In this document: positions 1-13,756 of the stretch, one piece after another
How positions within the stretch are numbered: position 1 is the first letter of the stretch
Layout of the letters: every line of letters starts with the position of its first letter
NCBI RefSeq assembly: GCF_001194135.2
Contig: NC_068992.1
Coordinates: forward strand, 19,447,718-19,484,103
From: Octopus bimaculoides
Taxonomy: Eukaryota
Direction: 5' to 3'
Length of the DNA: 36,386 nt
Translations under genes and position numbers: made by a program
The notes under the pieces: generated by a model
Seen by the model: the letters and a program-made list of their open reading frames with translations, nothing else
Databases searched by the model: none
Told to the model about the DNA's origin: nothing

Positions 1-79
1 ATATATACATACATATATATATATTATTATTATCATAGTTGTTTTTGTTGTTGTTGCTGCTGTTGTTGTTATTATTATC

Positions 80-296
80 AAGGCGGTGAGTTGGCAGAAT
101 CATTAGAACGCCGGGTGTTGTGCTTAGCGGCATTTTGTCCGTCTTACTGTTCTGAGTTCAAATGTCACCGAGGTTGACTTTGCTCTTTATCCATTCGAGA
201 GCGATAAAAGAGATTACCAGCCGAGCAGTGGGGCTGATGTAATCTATTCACCCGTTCCCTCAAAATACCCAAATTTGTACCGAATTTTTAAACCAT
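80..296 (+). mobile_element. tRNA-derived SINE, family A (octopus-type), older copy
   Basis: Head aaggcggtgagttggcagaa, core ttctgagttcaaat...gaggttgactttgc, tail ttgtaccgaatttttaaacc. Sits in an (ATT/GTT)n tract and aligns by eye with the other family A copies. Confidence 0.85.
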
Positions 297-1426
297 TATT
301 ATTACTATAGCTGTTGATGTTTATTTATTGTTTGTTTTTTTCTTTTACTGACTTACTTTTGTTTTTCTTTAGCAGGGATTACTAATGCAACTCACAACAA
401 TCTAATGACAAATATAAAACATAACTAATGCCGTTGTAAGATGAAGTAGATAGAAATGCCGGACATCAAACGCATCTAATGTAGATATCAGACACAACTA
501 ATGCACTTAGTGCTGACCTGTGTCAAAAGTAATGTAAGATAACAGACAGACTGCAGATATAAATATTGGTACTTCGTAAACATCAGTAATTTTGATGTCG
601 ACTATACATACATATTCGAACATATATACTCTATGCTAAATATAAACTTCAGACACAAGTAATGAATGAAAGAGATAGACATAACTTGTGTAAAAAGAAC
701 AACAAAAAAGTCTACGAAATATGTACCCAGCATTCTGCTATTGAAAATATCAATATCAACTATGCAACCCAAAGAATTTCAACAAAATCGATAATAAATT
801 TATGTATTAGCACACGTCTTGGAAACAAGTTGCATGGTGAATTAACACAATTTCAATAAATGACTTGTATATATTGGAATGCCTATGAACGGAACTAAAA
901 TACCTTAATCGTTCAGCTCTAAGCTACATTGTTTCTGTCCGTACCGTAACAATTCAACATATTAAAATGAACTGATAGATGTTCCAAATTGTATGTCACT
1001 CTTTTTCACGTCGACTGCCGAAGCTTTGTATAGACATCCATCCTTCTAGCAAGACCGTTTCCACCAGTACTTCTCAACGGGTTTCCACAAGGAATCTGAA
1101 TGTTCATATAAGATTNNNNNNNNNNATCAAAATATTATTTTTAGTGTCCCTGAAAAAATTCTGATTTAGATGTATGTATTGTAAGTAACAGCTAGGTTTA
1201 TTTCTCTAACATTTTACATAGGTGTTTTGAAAGACGTTTCTATAAGACAAATCTTTAAACATCGATTGGCTATGGAGATAAACCAGATGAAACAGTTATC
1301 AATGAAATCCACACATAAAAAATGGTTGAGTAATCCTGGTTTAGACTATGTGACTTTACCTGATACTTTCTGTAAATGTATGTGAGGCTAGGCAATTCTT
1401 CTTTTTAATATAGGAATTTGTAATAA

Positions 1427-1608
1427 GACGCCAAATCAAGCAGGAGAAAATGCTTATCGTCATTTCGTCCTTCTTTATGTGGTAGATATTGCCCTTCATC
1501 CTCCAGGGTCGATAAAATAAGTACCTGTTGGGGCACTGGGTTCGATGTTATCGACTTACCCACTAACCTTAAATTGCTCAATTTGTGCACCCAAAATCTG
1601 AAATCAAT
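1427..1608 (+). mobile_element. SINE family A, degenerate copy
   Basis: aaatgctta...catttcgtcc, cccttcatcctccagggtcgataaaataagtacc, old-type tail ccaaaatctgaaatcaat. Confidence 0.7.
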
Positions 1609-3120
1609 ATAGAGAGTCGCAATGTCTTTTAATGACCCAATATTACAAACTCTTGTAACAGTCGATGCTGATTAAATTGACTGAGTTTGTGTACAAAACA
1701 TGATTGTATCGATCTAAGATGCAAGAAGCGACACATTTCTGTTTTCCAAAAATTTCGTAAAATATTGCAGCGACAAGATACAATTTATTTTCACTGCTGT
1801 TATATTTATAGGGCTGAGGAGCGTTTGTAACAAAATCGCAATCTTCCAGAGTTAGGCTGAGAGGGCCACTTCTATTTCATTAATCCCTAAACTTGACAGA
1901 TAATTATTCAGTTTTTAGAATCATGAATATCTCAGACGATTCCAAAAGAATTTTAGTGTGGGAAGTAAAGGTACGTAATCCAATAATGCAGAGCGTGCGA
2001 TGCTTTCTTGATTATGCCATCCTGAGCTATGATATGACTAATAATAACATTATATGCAATTAATGTAAATTTCAAACTCGACTAATGTAGACAGCAGATA
2101 AACCAATTCACGTGCGAAGTAAATGAATTCAAACGGGAAGATACCGTTATAGGATATAGACAGTGATGTATTCGACATTAATAAAATGCAGTACTAATGG
2201 CCATCAGACACAATGAATAATTAATGCGTATTTTGGATAAATTTAAAGTGGATTATATATAGAAGTAATGAAGATATTAAAGGAATCTAAGCAAGATATA
2301 CAATTTTGCAAAGCGCCTAATCTGATAAATTAATCTGTGATTTGAAACCTAGACATAGCTTCTTAAAGTATGCAGATATTTATTTGTTTAGGCTTTCTGA
2401 TATTCCATAATTATTTTATTTTACTTACATAATTTCAAAATTACGTGATCTCGTTCTAAGCAACACCAGTAGTAACGACAATGATAATAGGAGCATAAAT
2501 CAATGTAGGCGAAAAGTTTCTCCTAAAATGTTCATATCAACTTGTCATTACTTGGACTGTCTGCACAACATAGTTCTATGATATAAATATTTATTTCAGT
2601 CTAGAACGAAACGACAATCGTATTTCTACTACAGACAACAGTGCGGCTTTGCAAATCTTACTTCAATATCATGATCACTATATTATTTTAAAAGAACCTA
2701 AGATGACACAATTAATAATTCAAGATTTCGCAACATCATCCAACGCAAGAGTTTAGCTTCTCACCAGTTGTTTAATTTCTTATGACAAAATATTTTATTT
2801 CAAGTGAAAAGATAAATCGATTAATGTGACAATCATTTCTTATCAAATGAGATTTTCTGTCTAACTAAAGTAAAATGGTGTATTTTCTTGTAGAAGGAAC
2901 CTGCTATTATATTGCTTGATTTGAAGCAAATAATGTAATTCAAATGAAATGATGTTGTTAAATTAGCTAATACCTATATACGTTAAACATCTCGCCATGG
3001 AAATAATTATGTACAGTGATTCGTTATTGTCATGCTAACGAAAGTACACTGAGCGCTAGAAATAGCAACGAAATCTTCCAAATTATACACACTGCAAACA
3101 TGAAAAAAGAATGGTTATAT

Positions 3121-3175
3121 TTCTCTTTTCTCTTTTACTTGTTTCGGTCATTGGAGTACAACCATGTTGGGGCCT
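3121..3175 (-). mobile_element. SINE family C, 3' end fragment
   Basis: tcttttacttgtttcggtcatt...ccatgttggggc is the reverse complement of the tail seen at 20305-20385 and 30390-30438. Confidence 0.55.
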
Positions 3176-5272
3176 TTCAGGGTGCATTTTGATGCAGTCA
3201 TGCTACTTGCAGTATTTTGTATTTAAACCTATCGATGGTATCACTTGTATCATTGGGTTTTCTTACTTTTTGAAAATACAAACGGATATTTATTTATCTA
3301 GTATTGTCTCATGAACTATATATTACCTTTTGTTTCCAGGTAAATATCACAAATTATTTAATAGATCAAGATTTCAGTTACAGTAAACATCTATTCAGAA
3401 TAATTAATCATTTGACTATCATTTCTGTTTCCACATTGCCTTTTGTTTATACTACTGAACATGATAATTATTTGGCAAATACTTCATCAAGCGGACACAA
3501 GTACATGCATAATTGTATTCACCACACAGCTGCCTGTTACATCATCTCCTTTACGCAGTTTTTTCATTAATTCTCCGTCGCTAACCTTGCTTAATATATT
3601 CTTTTTAATATGACACTATCACCTAGCCATTTCTTTAATCAGAAGAGTTGATAATGGCGTTTTTGTTGTTGCTATTTTATGACATATTACTTGTCTCTTG
3701 AAAAAGTTAATCTTCTTTTACTTTGTCGAACATCTTGTATAAAATCTTTTCTGTTTTGACATCTCACATTATATCATATCATTGTTCACAAATTTATTAA
3801 TTATACACTACTATCGGCCCCCTCTATCTCCCCAGACATTCTGTCTTCCTCTGTCTTGTTTTCTATTTCTATATCTCTCCATGCGGTGCCAGAAAGTAAT
3901 AATATTTTTTTAATCGTCCACCGTGTATTCGAAAATATAAACATATAAATCAAAAAACAAAAAATTAATAAAGACTTTTATATATTTTCTTTAAGATTTT
4001 TGTTAATATAAATTTGTTTCTTCTATATTTTCTTCTCTGCACTTTTATACGTAATTTTATCTGTTTTCGATTTTCCTGTTAAGATTTGTCGAATTCTTTT
4101 ACATGTATTCCCATGAAGGCATCTTGAAAGAAATTAAAAATTAACTGTTTTCTATGTTTTTGTTGTTGTATTATTTTTGATTACTTGTATTTTACTGTCA
4201 TTAAATTTTAACATACTTTATCAATTATTCCATTACGATTAATATTTTTTCACAGGCCCTTTATTGAAACAACTGCAAAGAACGTTTAATTTATTTTTAG
4301 CTCTTAATTGACAATCAAAATGTTCTTGTTTTATTGATTCTAATATTGTTTCTTATCTTCTTTGTGACATTTTCTTTTTCATTTTTTGTTTTCTAATTTC
4401 TCAGAGATTTTCATCTGTTCAGTCTGATAAAGTTTTATTCCCACTGCGTGTTGGCAGAAACAAAAATTAACAATATCTAAATATTCTCAATACTCTTTCC
4501 GTGCTTTAGCAATTTCATTCGGAAAAAAAACAACATTTTTTTAATGCATTTCTGTACATATTCTTTTGGAATAAAAAACTGTTTCATGCTGCGAATAAAA
4601 TGATTGCAAACAGAAGATAAATGAGTAACGTATATAATACACGTTTAACATCGAAATGCTCGGATATTTTTTGACTTTTTTCTTCATTCATTTTTCCTGA
4701 AATATATTCTTTAATTAATAGTATGGATTCGAGACATTATCATTGTTTACCTGCAAAAATCCGAGGGGTACTAAATGCTTTCTTTGTAAATTATTTTTCT
4801 AATGATGAATGTCTTTATTGTATTTAAGCTATTTAATAAAATTAGCAAAGATATTAGATTGCTTGGCTTAATTTCAATCTTGTATTTAGGTTGATTTCTT
4901 ACTGTCTAAAGTTCAAACGCTCCCAGAATTGATTTTACCATTTATATTTCGATACTGGAGAAGTAGATATCAATATAATGCACTTGAGAAAACTAAACAT
5001 AGGTTTTTATGGGAAAAAGCATTATTCATTATATAAATATTATAAGACAAGTGACAAGTGTTACAATGAGGTTTGCAAGAGATTTAGATTTGCGACAAAA
5101 TTATTGATCCGAAATTATAAATATCAGGAGTAACAATGTCATGGTCACTTCCCTCCTAATTATGAAATATATATGGTGGATATATCAGTTTTATCTTGTC
5201 TTCAACATTCATATCTACGCAAGCATACATACATACATACAGACAGGCAGACATATAAACAGGTAGAGAAAA

Positions 5273-5306
<34 letters not shown>

Positions 5307-6079
5307 CTAGATAGACACATAGAGAGATAGATTAACAACATGAACGAATGTGTTCTCGGCTCTTTTCAGATCGTAGGATGGATTTCGAGGAATCTTTACT
5401 TCTATTTCTATAATTTCAAATGACTTCGACGAAACGTTCCGCAGCTGTTTTTAAAGTAAACACTTTCTGTTTTATTTTATCTCTCGATTATTCTTATAGA
5501 AGACAACACCATTTCGCAAAGGACTTCAAGTCTTGATTATCATATTTTGATCATATTTTATATAAATTATATTTTCTATGGATATTACATTATCTATAAA
5601 ACAATACTTTGGTCTGAGAAGACAATATTGCCAGGAAACGCCTCTCACCTTCTCTTTCACACTTTAGGTTCAATATTCCTAAGAGACATATTTAGTGTAA
5701 AAGCGGTGTGAGATACGAGTCATTTTTCATTCCTTCAGAGAAGTGACTTGTGTAAGAGGTGATGCACGGTACATGTAAATTAAGTTTCCTTACTTGCATG
5801 ACGTACTGGATATTTGGTAAATTTAAAGATGATATCATAGAATTGGTAAATGTGTTGTTACTTACATAGATATAAATGCTTATTAGGAATCCATCGCTGT
5901 AATACATACTCCAGATTGCATTTATTTTGAATTTCCTAACATCTGCTGGTTTTAAGATAATATAGCATACATATGTGAAAAAGCTGATGACGTTACTTCT
6001 AAACGGATACTCTAGAAAGAACGAATACATTTCTTTGAAATTACGTCTTTAAAATGTATACATTATATAATGATATACT

Positions 6080-6477
6080 GTGGTTGGTTGGCGGTTGGCA
6101 CTCTGTCGGTTTCGACGACGAGTGTTCCAGTTGATCCGATCAACGGAACAGCCAGCTCGTGAAATTAACGTGCAAGTGGCTGAGCACTCCACAGACACGT
6201 GTACACTTAACGTAGTTCTCGGGGGAGGTTCAGCGTGACACAAAGAGTGACAAGGCTAGCCCTTTGAAATACAGGTACAACAGAAACACGATGATAGAAT
6301 AAGAGAAATTTGTGGTGAAGGAGTACAGCAGGGTTCGCCACCAGCCCCTGCCGGATCCTCGTGAAGCTTTTAGGTATTTTCGCTCAATAAACACTCACAA
6401 CGCCCGGTCTGAGAATCGAAACCACGATCCTACGATCACGATTCCGCTGCCCTAACCACTGGGCCATTGCGCCTCCA
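6080..6477 (-). mobile_element. Full-length tRNA-derived SINE, family B, with TSD
   Basis: On the minus strand: A box TGGCCCAGTGG (6456-6466) and B-box-like GGTTTCGATTC (6413-6423). Flanked by the direct repeat aatgatatact (6069-6079 and 6477-6487). Confidence 0.85.
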
Positions 6478-6510
6478 ATGATATACTATGTACATGGTGT
6501 CACAGCTTGC

Positions 6511-6590
6511 CTAGTCGCGGCTAGCGTAATGGTGGCTTGGCTAGTCACGGCTAGCGTAATGGTCACTTCCCTAGTCGCGGCTAGCCTAGT
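6511..6590. repeat. 30-bp-period tandem repeat of near-palindromic units
   Basis: ctagtc(g/a)cggctagc starts at 6511, 6541 and 6571; the first two are followed by gtaatggt. Confidence 0.85.
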
Positions 6591-7251
6591 CAGGGTTAGA
6601 AAGACTTCATTACGGAAAGAATTGTTTGTAACTGATATTGGCCAAAATAACAACATCAGTATCACAGCGATAGAAGTCTCTTGAAATTTTATTTAAGATT
6701 CAAATCGAATTTTTCAATCGAAAAATAAATCATAATTTTAAATATTCATTTTGCTATGTCTCACAATAATCTTACTGCCAAATTCAATGAATTTATAATT
6801 TAGAGCAAATAAAGTCATATCATTAATAACTTTCTGATGTGAATGTTGGTGTTTTACTACAATTACACGACCTGTTGCAAATAGCAGCAAACGTTTTCGA
6901 ACACGAGCCCTTCATTATGATTATATGTCTGTCAGTTCGATTACGGTTGGTATTTGATTGTGCAATAGTAAAGTGCAATGACCGGAAATACGGTCTCGAG
7001 TTTATAAAGCTTAAGATCAAACTTTTTTATTTCGATAAATATTCTTATCTAGACGTACATGTAATGCAAAATATGAATATTGTTCAACCTACCACGGTTT
7101 CTGTAAGACCTGGTGATCTTCTTTTGACTGTCTCTATATACTGCATAGTGTCCAGAATCATTTCGTGTCAGATGTAACTCTAATGCGTAGCATTGGACAG
7201 CCGAAATACCATGAAATACAAATCTATCACTCACGCAATTTCATATCATCT

Positions 7252-7470
7252 AAGGCGGCGAGCTTGCAGAAACGTTAGCACGCCGGGGAAATGCTTAGCG
7301 ATATTTCGTCTGTCTTTACCTTCTGAGTTCAAATTCCGCTGACGTCGACTTTGCCTTTCATTCTTTCGTGGTCGCTAAATCAAGTACCAGTTGCTCACTG
7401 TGGTCAATCTAATCGACTGGCACCCTTCCCAAAAGTTTCCGTCCTTGTGGTGCCTAGAGAAGAAAAGAAT
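7252..7470 (+). mobile_element. SINE family A, full-length, TSD-flanked
   Basis: Complete head, core and tail gcctagagaagaaaagaat. TSD aatttcatatcatct (7237-7251) / aatttcattacatct (7468-7482). Confidence 0.9.
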
Positions 7471-9162
7471 TTCATTACATCTAGCATTAAATTATAATGT
7501 GTATTAAACAAACTGCGTCTACTAATGTATCTTTTTTCCGACTACTGACAAGAAAATATCTGATGCTCTGCATGACGGCCTGCCAGAGATTTGAATAAGT
7601 GGTATTCTGTTGCTTGTGAGGGCGCATAGCCCATTCGGTAAGGTATCACTCACTATCGTGAGATCGTGGTAGCAATTTGTGCTCCAGGTTGTGCGTTATG
7701 TTCTCGAACAATTTCTGGACCTGGTTCTACGTTGCTCTGCAATCATTTCGATATCTGATGTGTGGCTCCCTGCGAATCTAGTCAGCCGACATCGAGTTGC
7801 TGAAGTGAGTGAGCTAATATACAAAATTTACATTGGATGAATATTAACACATTAGTCACGCGGGTTGTCCAGCAAGAAATTGCTGAACCGTATTTCTTGG
7901 AACACGAGAGTCTAGTGTTATTCATTTGTTCCCCTGCTCTATGTTAGCCCATTTTGCACAGGTTCCTTATTGTCTGAATCTCATCATTCTTCTAGCAGAA
8001 ACTTCTTACTGGTAGAATTTCACTGTTTGGTCTTTGGCGTTATTAAACTGGTAGGCTGTTAAGCAGGATCGAGGTAATTTGACACAAGTGTTCTGCCAAA
8101 TATTAAAGTACGAATACAGAAAACCGAGAGAGACGCCATATCATCTACGAAGTATTCTACTAACTCGTCGCTATAGACTGACACTTTATTAATTGATTCT
8201 GAGAGAATGAAGAGCAAAGTACCCCACAGTAACATTTGAACACGAAGAGCTGAAAGCCAAATGTGACAGCGCAAGTTATTCTACCCGATAATCTAATGAC
8301 TATGTTTATGCATCACTTTACTGTTGAATGTTATCTCTGGTTAATATATGACACAACGAAAATATAATGCTTTTTCCTTCCAACATTTTTTTGCTTTTCT
8401 GTAAGTAAACTGGAATTAGTTGAGCTTCCAGAAATCAGTTCTCATAAAAAATATTAGTAAGCAAGCAATGGTTTTAACAAGGACATATCGATTATTATTT
8501 CGACGCACAACATAATTCGATAGTGTATGATTGTTCCACCATCAGAAGATTATGTTTACTTCAGCTCTCGTAAGTCTAGAGTTTATGATTTGTTCTACAA
8601 TGGCCATTATTTTATAGCTGGTGTTTTGCTTTATCATAATACCCGTAGAATTTATGATGATAGAGAAAAAAATAGGCTTCAATGCGTTTCAATTTCAAGC
8701 CGATATGATACAGAAGAGAGTTTTTTTGTGGCAAGAATATTCTAAAATATGGTGAAAACTAAGAGTATAAGGAGAAACAAAGATATTTACATAAATACAT
8801 TTCAATAGGCACAGCATCAACTTTAGTCGATCAAGATTGTAATTGATTGAAATGAGACATCAGTATATCTACTGTATCATTATTCTCGATTGCAGACAAC
8901 TCAGATATAGAGTTAACAATAATGCGGTTTCAAAACTTAGCAGTAGTGTTGGCAATTCAATAACCAAAGATATCTAGACCGATTCATTAAAGTTGTGACA
9001 GATACGCTGATTTTAAATAAAGGAATTTCCAACATGATGATGATGATGACGACGACGACGACGACAATGCTCATCATCATGTCGACGACGTTGTCGATGT
9101 CGTGTTGATGGCTTTTTGAATTGACATGAAGGATGAAATATTGATGTAATTGATGATTTTAG

Positions 9163-9277
9163 ACGAGAATAACACAAAAAGCACACCTAACAAAGAACAA
9201 AATGAAGAGAAAATTGAGAGGAGGAAATTACCAAGCAAGGAAGTCCCAACAGACCTGAATCTCTCTGGCCGCCAACG
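9163..9277 (+). CDS. Putative internal coding exon of an unidentified gene: (x)ENNTKSTPNKEQNEEKIERRKLPSKEVPTDLNLSGRQ(R)
   Basis: ttttag acceptor, CG/GTAAGA donor, open frame, phase 1-2. Splices in frame to 9434-9505 across a 156-bp GT-AG intron. No homology recognised. Confidence 0.45.
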
Positions 9278-9433
9278 GTAAGAGGTAGCCCCGTTTACAT
9301 GTAACATTTTATAATTCCCCACAATTGTTTAAACGAATTTAATGGAAATCAACGACTTGCTTTCCAACTAACACTTTAAATAATTAATGAGGGTTTGCCA
9401 GAAATGAAAAGTATTTGTTTTCCATCATTACAG

Positions 9434-9505
9434 TTTAGTCCTCCAGAGAACCCCGAACAGTCACTATGTTGAAGAAAGACTACCTGCTCTCCTCTCCAAA
9501 GAAAC
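9434..9505 (+). CDS. Putative coding exon: LVLQRTPNSHYVEERLPALLSKE(T)
   Basis: tttccatcattacag acceptor. Only the frame compatible with the upstream exon is open. Ends at a GTAACG donor, or reads on to a TAA at 9507-9509 if terminal. Confidence 0.45.
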
Positions 9506-10438
9506 GTAACGTGGTGGTTTTCACGATGGACTCAATTCAAGTAATAGTGGGATATGTCTCACACATGACAAAAACGGTTTTTCAAAAACAACAAAAGAAC
9601 AATGGCTATACGCCGAAAGTTTGTATGGAAGACCATATATTTGTTCAATGTACATCTCAGGCAGGCCCAGTGGAGAGCATTGTGGATGTGTAAAGCTTGT
9701 CTACAACTCGAACCTTAGAACCAGTAGCAATACTGAGCTTGGGATTCTTGAAAGTTGTTTGATCCGGCATTAACAACACATGTTACAATCAAAGCTAAAA
9801 TTGTCATTTATCATTTTCACCATTGCTGTTGGACGATTTTCGTTTGGTAGTGTTATACCTTCGTGAATAAACGTAGTACGTCCGTAATTTATATCTCCAG
9901 ACGAGGAATACCCGAATTAATCTGAATTTCGCGATATATTTGCATTAAATATGATACACATATGGCTTGAAAATATATTAAACATAAATAATTATGAACA
10001 GAAAAGCATTTTCTGGATGCAGAACTTTGACAATATGATAGTGAAAAGATTGATTTTGCTACCCATTATATTCCCAGCACTTCTACCACACACCTAACAT
10101 TAAAGCGATAATGAAGTTGCTAAGTTGTAGTCATTGGCATTTAAGTGGTAAATGCTATTCTGGAAAATCAAAACACACCTATGGTAATAAAAGAGAGAAA
10201 ATAAATAAGTTTGATAAATCATTATAACAAAACAAAGTGATATTAAACAATGGGAAGATGCACATCAATGACAGCAAACCGACCAGACATTATAGTTCAT
10301 GATAAACAACAAAAGCTAATGATGCTAATTGATATTGTTATTAGATTGTCGAATTACAGACAAAGACTGAATTATTAAAAAAAGCAAAAAAAAATTTGAA
10401 AAAGCTGTGATCTTGTCAGATCACAGCGCCTCTCATTT

Positions 10439-10552
<114 letters not shown>

Positions 10553-10913
10553 TATGAGCTTAATCGCAAATTCATAACAATAACTATTTGAGATCTAGAC
10601 ACAATAACGAACTATGACAATCTCGAAACAATAAATGAAACTTGGCTTAAACTTCAACATCTATGAATTGTAAAAGCAAACCTCTTTCAGTACGGCACGT
10701 ATTTTAACATAGTTGAAAGAATATAAATTTTAACATGCTAAATGCTTAGATAAATGTCACCAGTTCCTCCCGCTGATTGTCTTTATCTTGAAGTGGAGAA
10801 TGTTGTTGCTTGTATTATATCAATAATAAAAATCATTTCTGATACACTCACAAGGTCGCATTTGTAGTTGGAAGGAATCGAGGAGTAAACAGACGACAAT
10901 ATTTCACTCGTAT

Positions 10914-11129
10914 AATGCAGCAAGCTGGCAAAATCAGTAGCACGCTGAGTAATGCATAACGGCATTTCGTCCGTCTTTTGTGTTGCGAGTTCAAATTCCG
11001 TCGAGGTCGATTTTGCATTTCATTCTTTCGGGACTGATAACACAAGTACCAATTGAGCACTTGGATCAATGTAATCGACTGACCCCTTCCCTCTAAATTC
11101 CTGGCCTAGTACCAAAATTTGAAATCAAT
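10914..11129 (+). mobile_element. SINE family A, older full-length copy with eroded TSD
   Basis: Head, core and old-type tail ccaaaatttgaaatcaat. TSD aatatttcactcgtat (10898-10913) / aatacttcactgatat (11127-11142). Confidence 0.85.
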
Positions 11130-12475
11130 ACTTCACTGATATTTTTTTTTATCATAATAAGAATATAAAGCTATATGCAATCCTACGAGATCTGAACGCA
11201 CAGAGTAAACATTTGTAAGTAGATGAAGCAAATTGTGCTTTATTATTCATTCTGCAGTATTACACGTCACATTTATTGAAGTTTTGAAAGCAGTTATTGA
11301 ATCTAAGTAGTAACAATTGTCTGCTGTTAAAGATAAAATGATGAACAAACGTTGACATTCTACTACAACGACTCCCGTACGACCCATTCTCACCGACATT
11401 CAGTTTTGTTATTTTACATGACGATATGCAAGCGTGGGATACTCTATCACACACACACACACACACAAAATAATGAATATAAAGAAATGAACAAAAGGAA
11501 GGAAAATTAACATTGTTATCTGTAAGCCTAAACTTCTCCCAGAATATTTCCATTTCAAGTAAAACAAAAACTACGTTATGGGTCCATAATATAATTTGAA
11601 AGACACTTAGCTGCTATTTCTAAGAAACTGAGCTAATATGTAGAAGTTTCTTGGTTTGGTAAAAAGAAGTGATTAGATAGAGGATACAGGACGATTATTT
11701 GTAGACTCAAAATATTGCCCTGAATACTCGCAAATATGGGAAAGCCACCAAAATCCTGTAACTGTAGGAGTAATTTTCTCTTGCATGAGAAAATTATTAT
11801 TCCTAGTTTAAATAAAAAAGATACACTCACAGCAGATATCATATCAGGTTATACGTTCAGGCCAAATAGGAGGGATGAATGGTAGATTTATCAAAGACAG
11901 AATAGAAAGAACAGAAGCATCGGTTTTATATTTCTGAACACTCAATTCAAAACCTGCCTTCCATTATTCTGCAGTCGATGAAGGAAGAAATAGTCTATAC
12001 TGGAATTGAACATATCATTCTCTTTCTCTTTTAATTGTATAAGGCTTTCAAAAATCCCGTTTGATTTCTTCCGGAATGAGAACTACCTGAAGTTTACAAA
12101 TATCTGCTGTGTTACCCAAAAGAATACAGAGTTTAATTACAAATTCTCAGCTATGTAGAAGTACCGATTCATCAATCTATCCTGTAGAGAAATGAGTCAA
12201 TTGCAATATCTTTCGATTAAATTTTGTTAATGAAGTAATTTTGTGAGAATATATAATCATAAGGACCAGCGTGCAAATAAACAACTGAAAATACCAATAA
12301 TTTGTTTTCTGTTATTCATTCAATATTTTCCGCTCTATTTCTACGTTATAGCTAATCATCAAATATGCTTCGTTAGCGGTGTAATATCAAAGTATAGTGC
12401 AGCCAAGATATGGAGTCATGATAAGGCAACATGTCATGCATTGAAAGCATACAAGTTATGCGTTTGTGTGCGTGC

Positions 12476-12600
12476 AGGTCGACTTTGCTTTTTATCCTTT
12501 CGGGGTTGATAAATTAAGTACTAGTTAAGTACAGAGTTCGATCTAATCACCTGCCTCCTCCCCCAAAATTTCGGGCCTTGTGCCTAGAGTAGAAAAGAAT
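12476..12600 (+). mobile_element. SINE family A, 5'-truncated young-type copy
   Basis: aggtcgactttgc...aaaatttcgggccttgtgcctagagtagaaaagaat. Confidence 0.9.
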
Positions 12601-12635
12601 CATTATTATTAATCATATTCCAAAATGCATTGGAT

Positions 12636-12793
12636 AAGCAGAACTGTTACCTCACCGGATTAAATGCTTAGCGGCGTTTCGTCCTTCGTCTTTACGTTCA
12701 GAGCCCGATCTCTCCGAGGTCCACTTTGCCGTTCATCCTTCCGGTATCGATAAATTAAGTACCAGTCAAGTACTTGGGTTGATGTAACCGACA
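12636..12793 (+). mobile_element. SINE family A, degenerate copy lacking tail
   Basis: aaatgcttagcggcgtttcgtc...gaggtccactttgcc...gataaattaagtaccag. Confidence 0.75.
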
Positions 12794-13356
12794 AAACTGC
12801 AGAACCTCTGCCTATGGTAAACATGATTATTAATTCCATTTCTTATAATTTCTCCTAGTCTGCTGTTATTTTTTTTTTCGCAGATCGTATAACATTTCTG
12901 TTACATTTGTTAATAATTTAGCAAAAACAAAAATATAAGTCGATAGTACGTGTGAATATTCTATGTTTTATAAGTCATTAGACATGAGATCTTATAAATA
13001 TGGCAATAATCTGTTAAGAATACTTTAATAATATATAATGCATGTCTTCTCTTTTCTCATCTTCAAGGCCGTCTCGTTTCACGGAGAAGCGTTGTTTGTG
13101 TCTGTTTCTGTCTTTCAAATATAGAACATTGACATTTCGAATAAAAAGTAACGTAAGTATTTACATTTTAAGGAGCTTCAAGTATTGCCCTTTTATATAA
13201 GAAATAAAGCGTGCATTTCTGATAGAAATATATTTGTATTAGTTTATTTCACTTTAGGCAAAGCAGTATCAAATGCGAACACAAGTGTGCTGAAGTATCA
13301 TGTTTTTTTGTTTCGGGTAACGACAATGAAATGCAAAGGTGCAATGAATTCATGTG

Positions 13357-13424
<68 letters not shown>
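13357..13424. repeat. (ATT)n microsatellite
   Basis: Directly visible. Confidence 0.98.
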
Positions 13425-13756
13425 GCTAAAGTTTCTAAAGAAGTTTTATTGTTGAGTTTGCTGAATTTAAGCTCATTGTTTGATGCAAAGAAGATATGAA
13501 AGCGGTCAGATATTCCGGCTATTATTAAACACAATTCATTTTCTATTATAAAGTCACTGGATAAAATGAGATCAGAAAGATAAGTAGAAAATTTGAGACA
13601 AATCGTTTATGCTGATAAAATTTATTAAGACAATAGTTTACGGTGTCTTGCCGTATAACAATGGAATAAACTTCTAATAACAATAGCAGCGGTAGCTGTA
13701 TTCACAGCAGCAAAAAAACAGTGCTAAAAACAGCACCAGCACTAGCAACTAGAATA

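Noticed and set aside
1320-1345. hAT-like right end (aaaaatggttgagtaatcctg)
   Set aside because: Degenerate, and no matching left TIR or TSD was found.
1919-1970. Candidate + strand exon with AAG/GTACGT donor
   Set aside because: Two frames are open and neither is recognisable; such sites occur by chance in AT-rich DNA.
6400-6477. tRNA gene
   Set aside because: It has A/B boxes but no convincing cloverleaf, and it continues into a SINE body flanked by a TSD.
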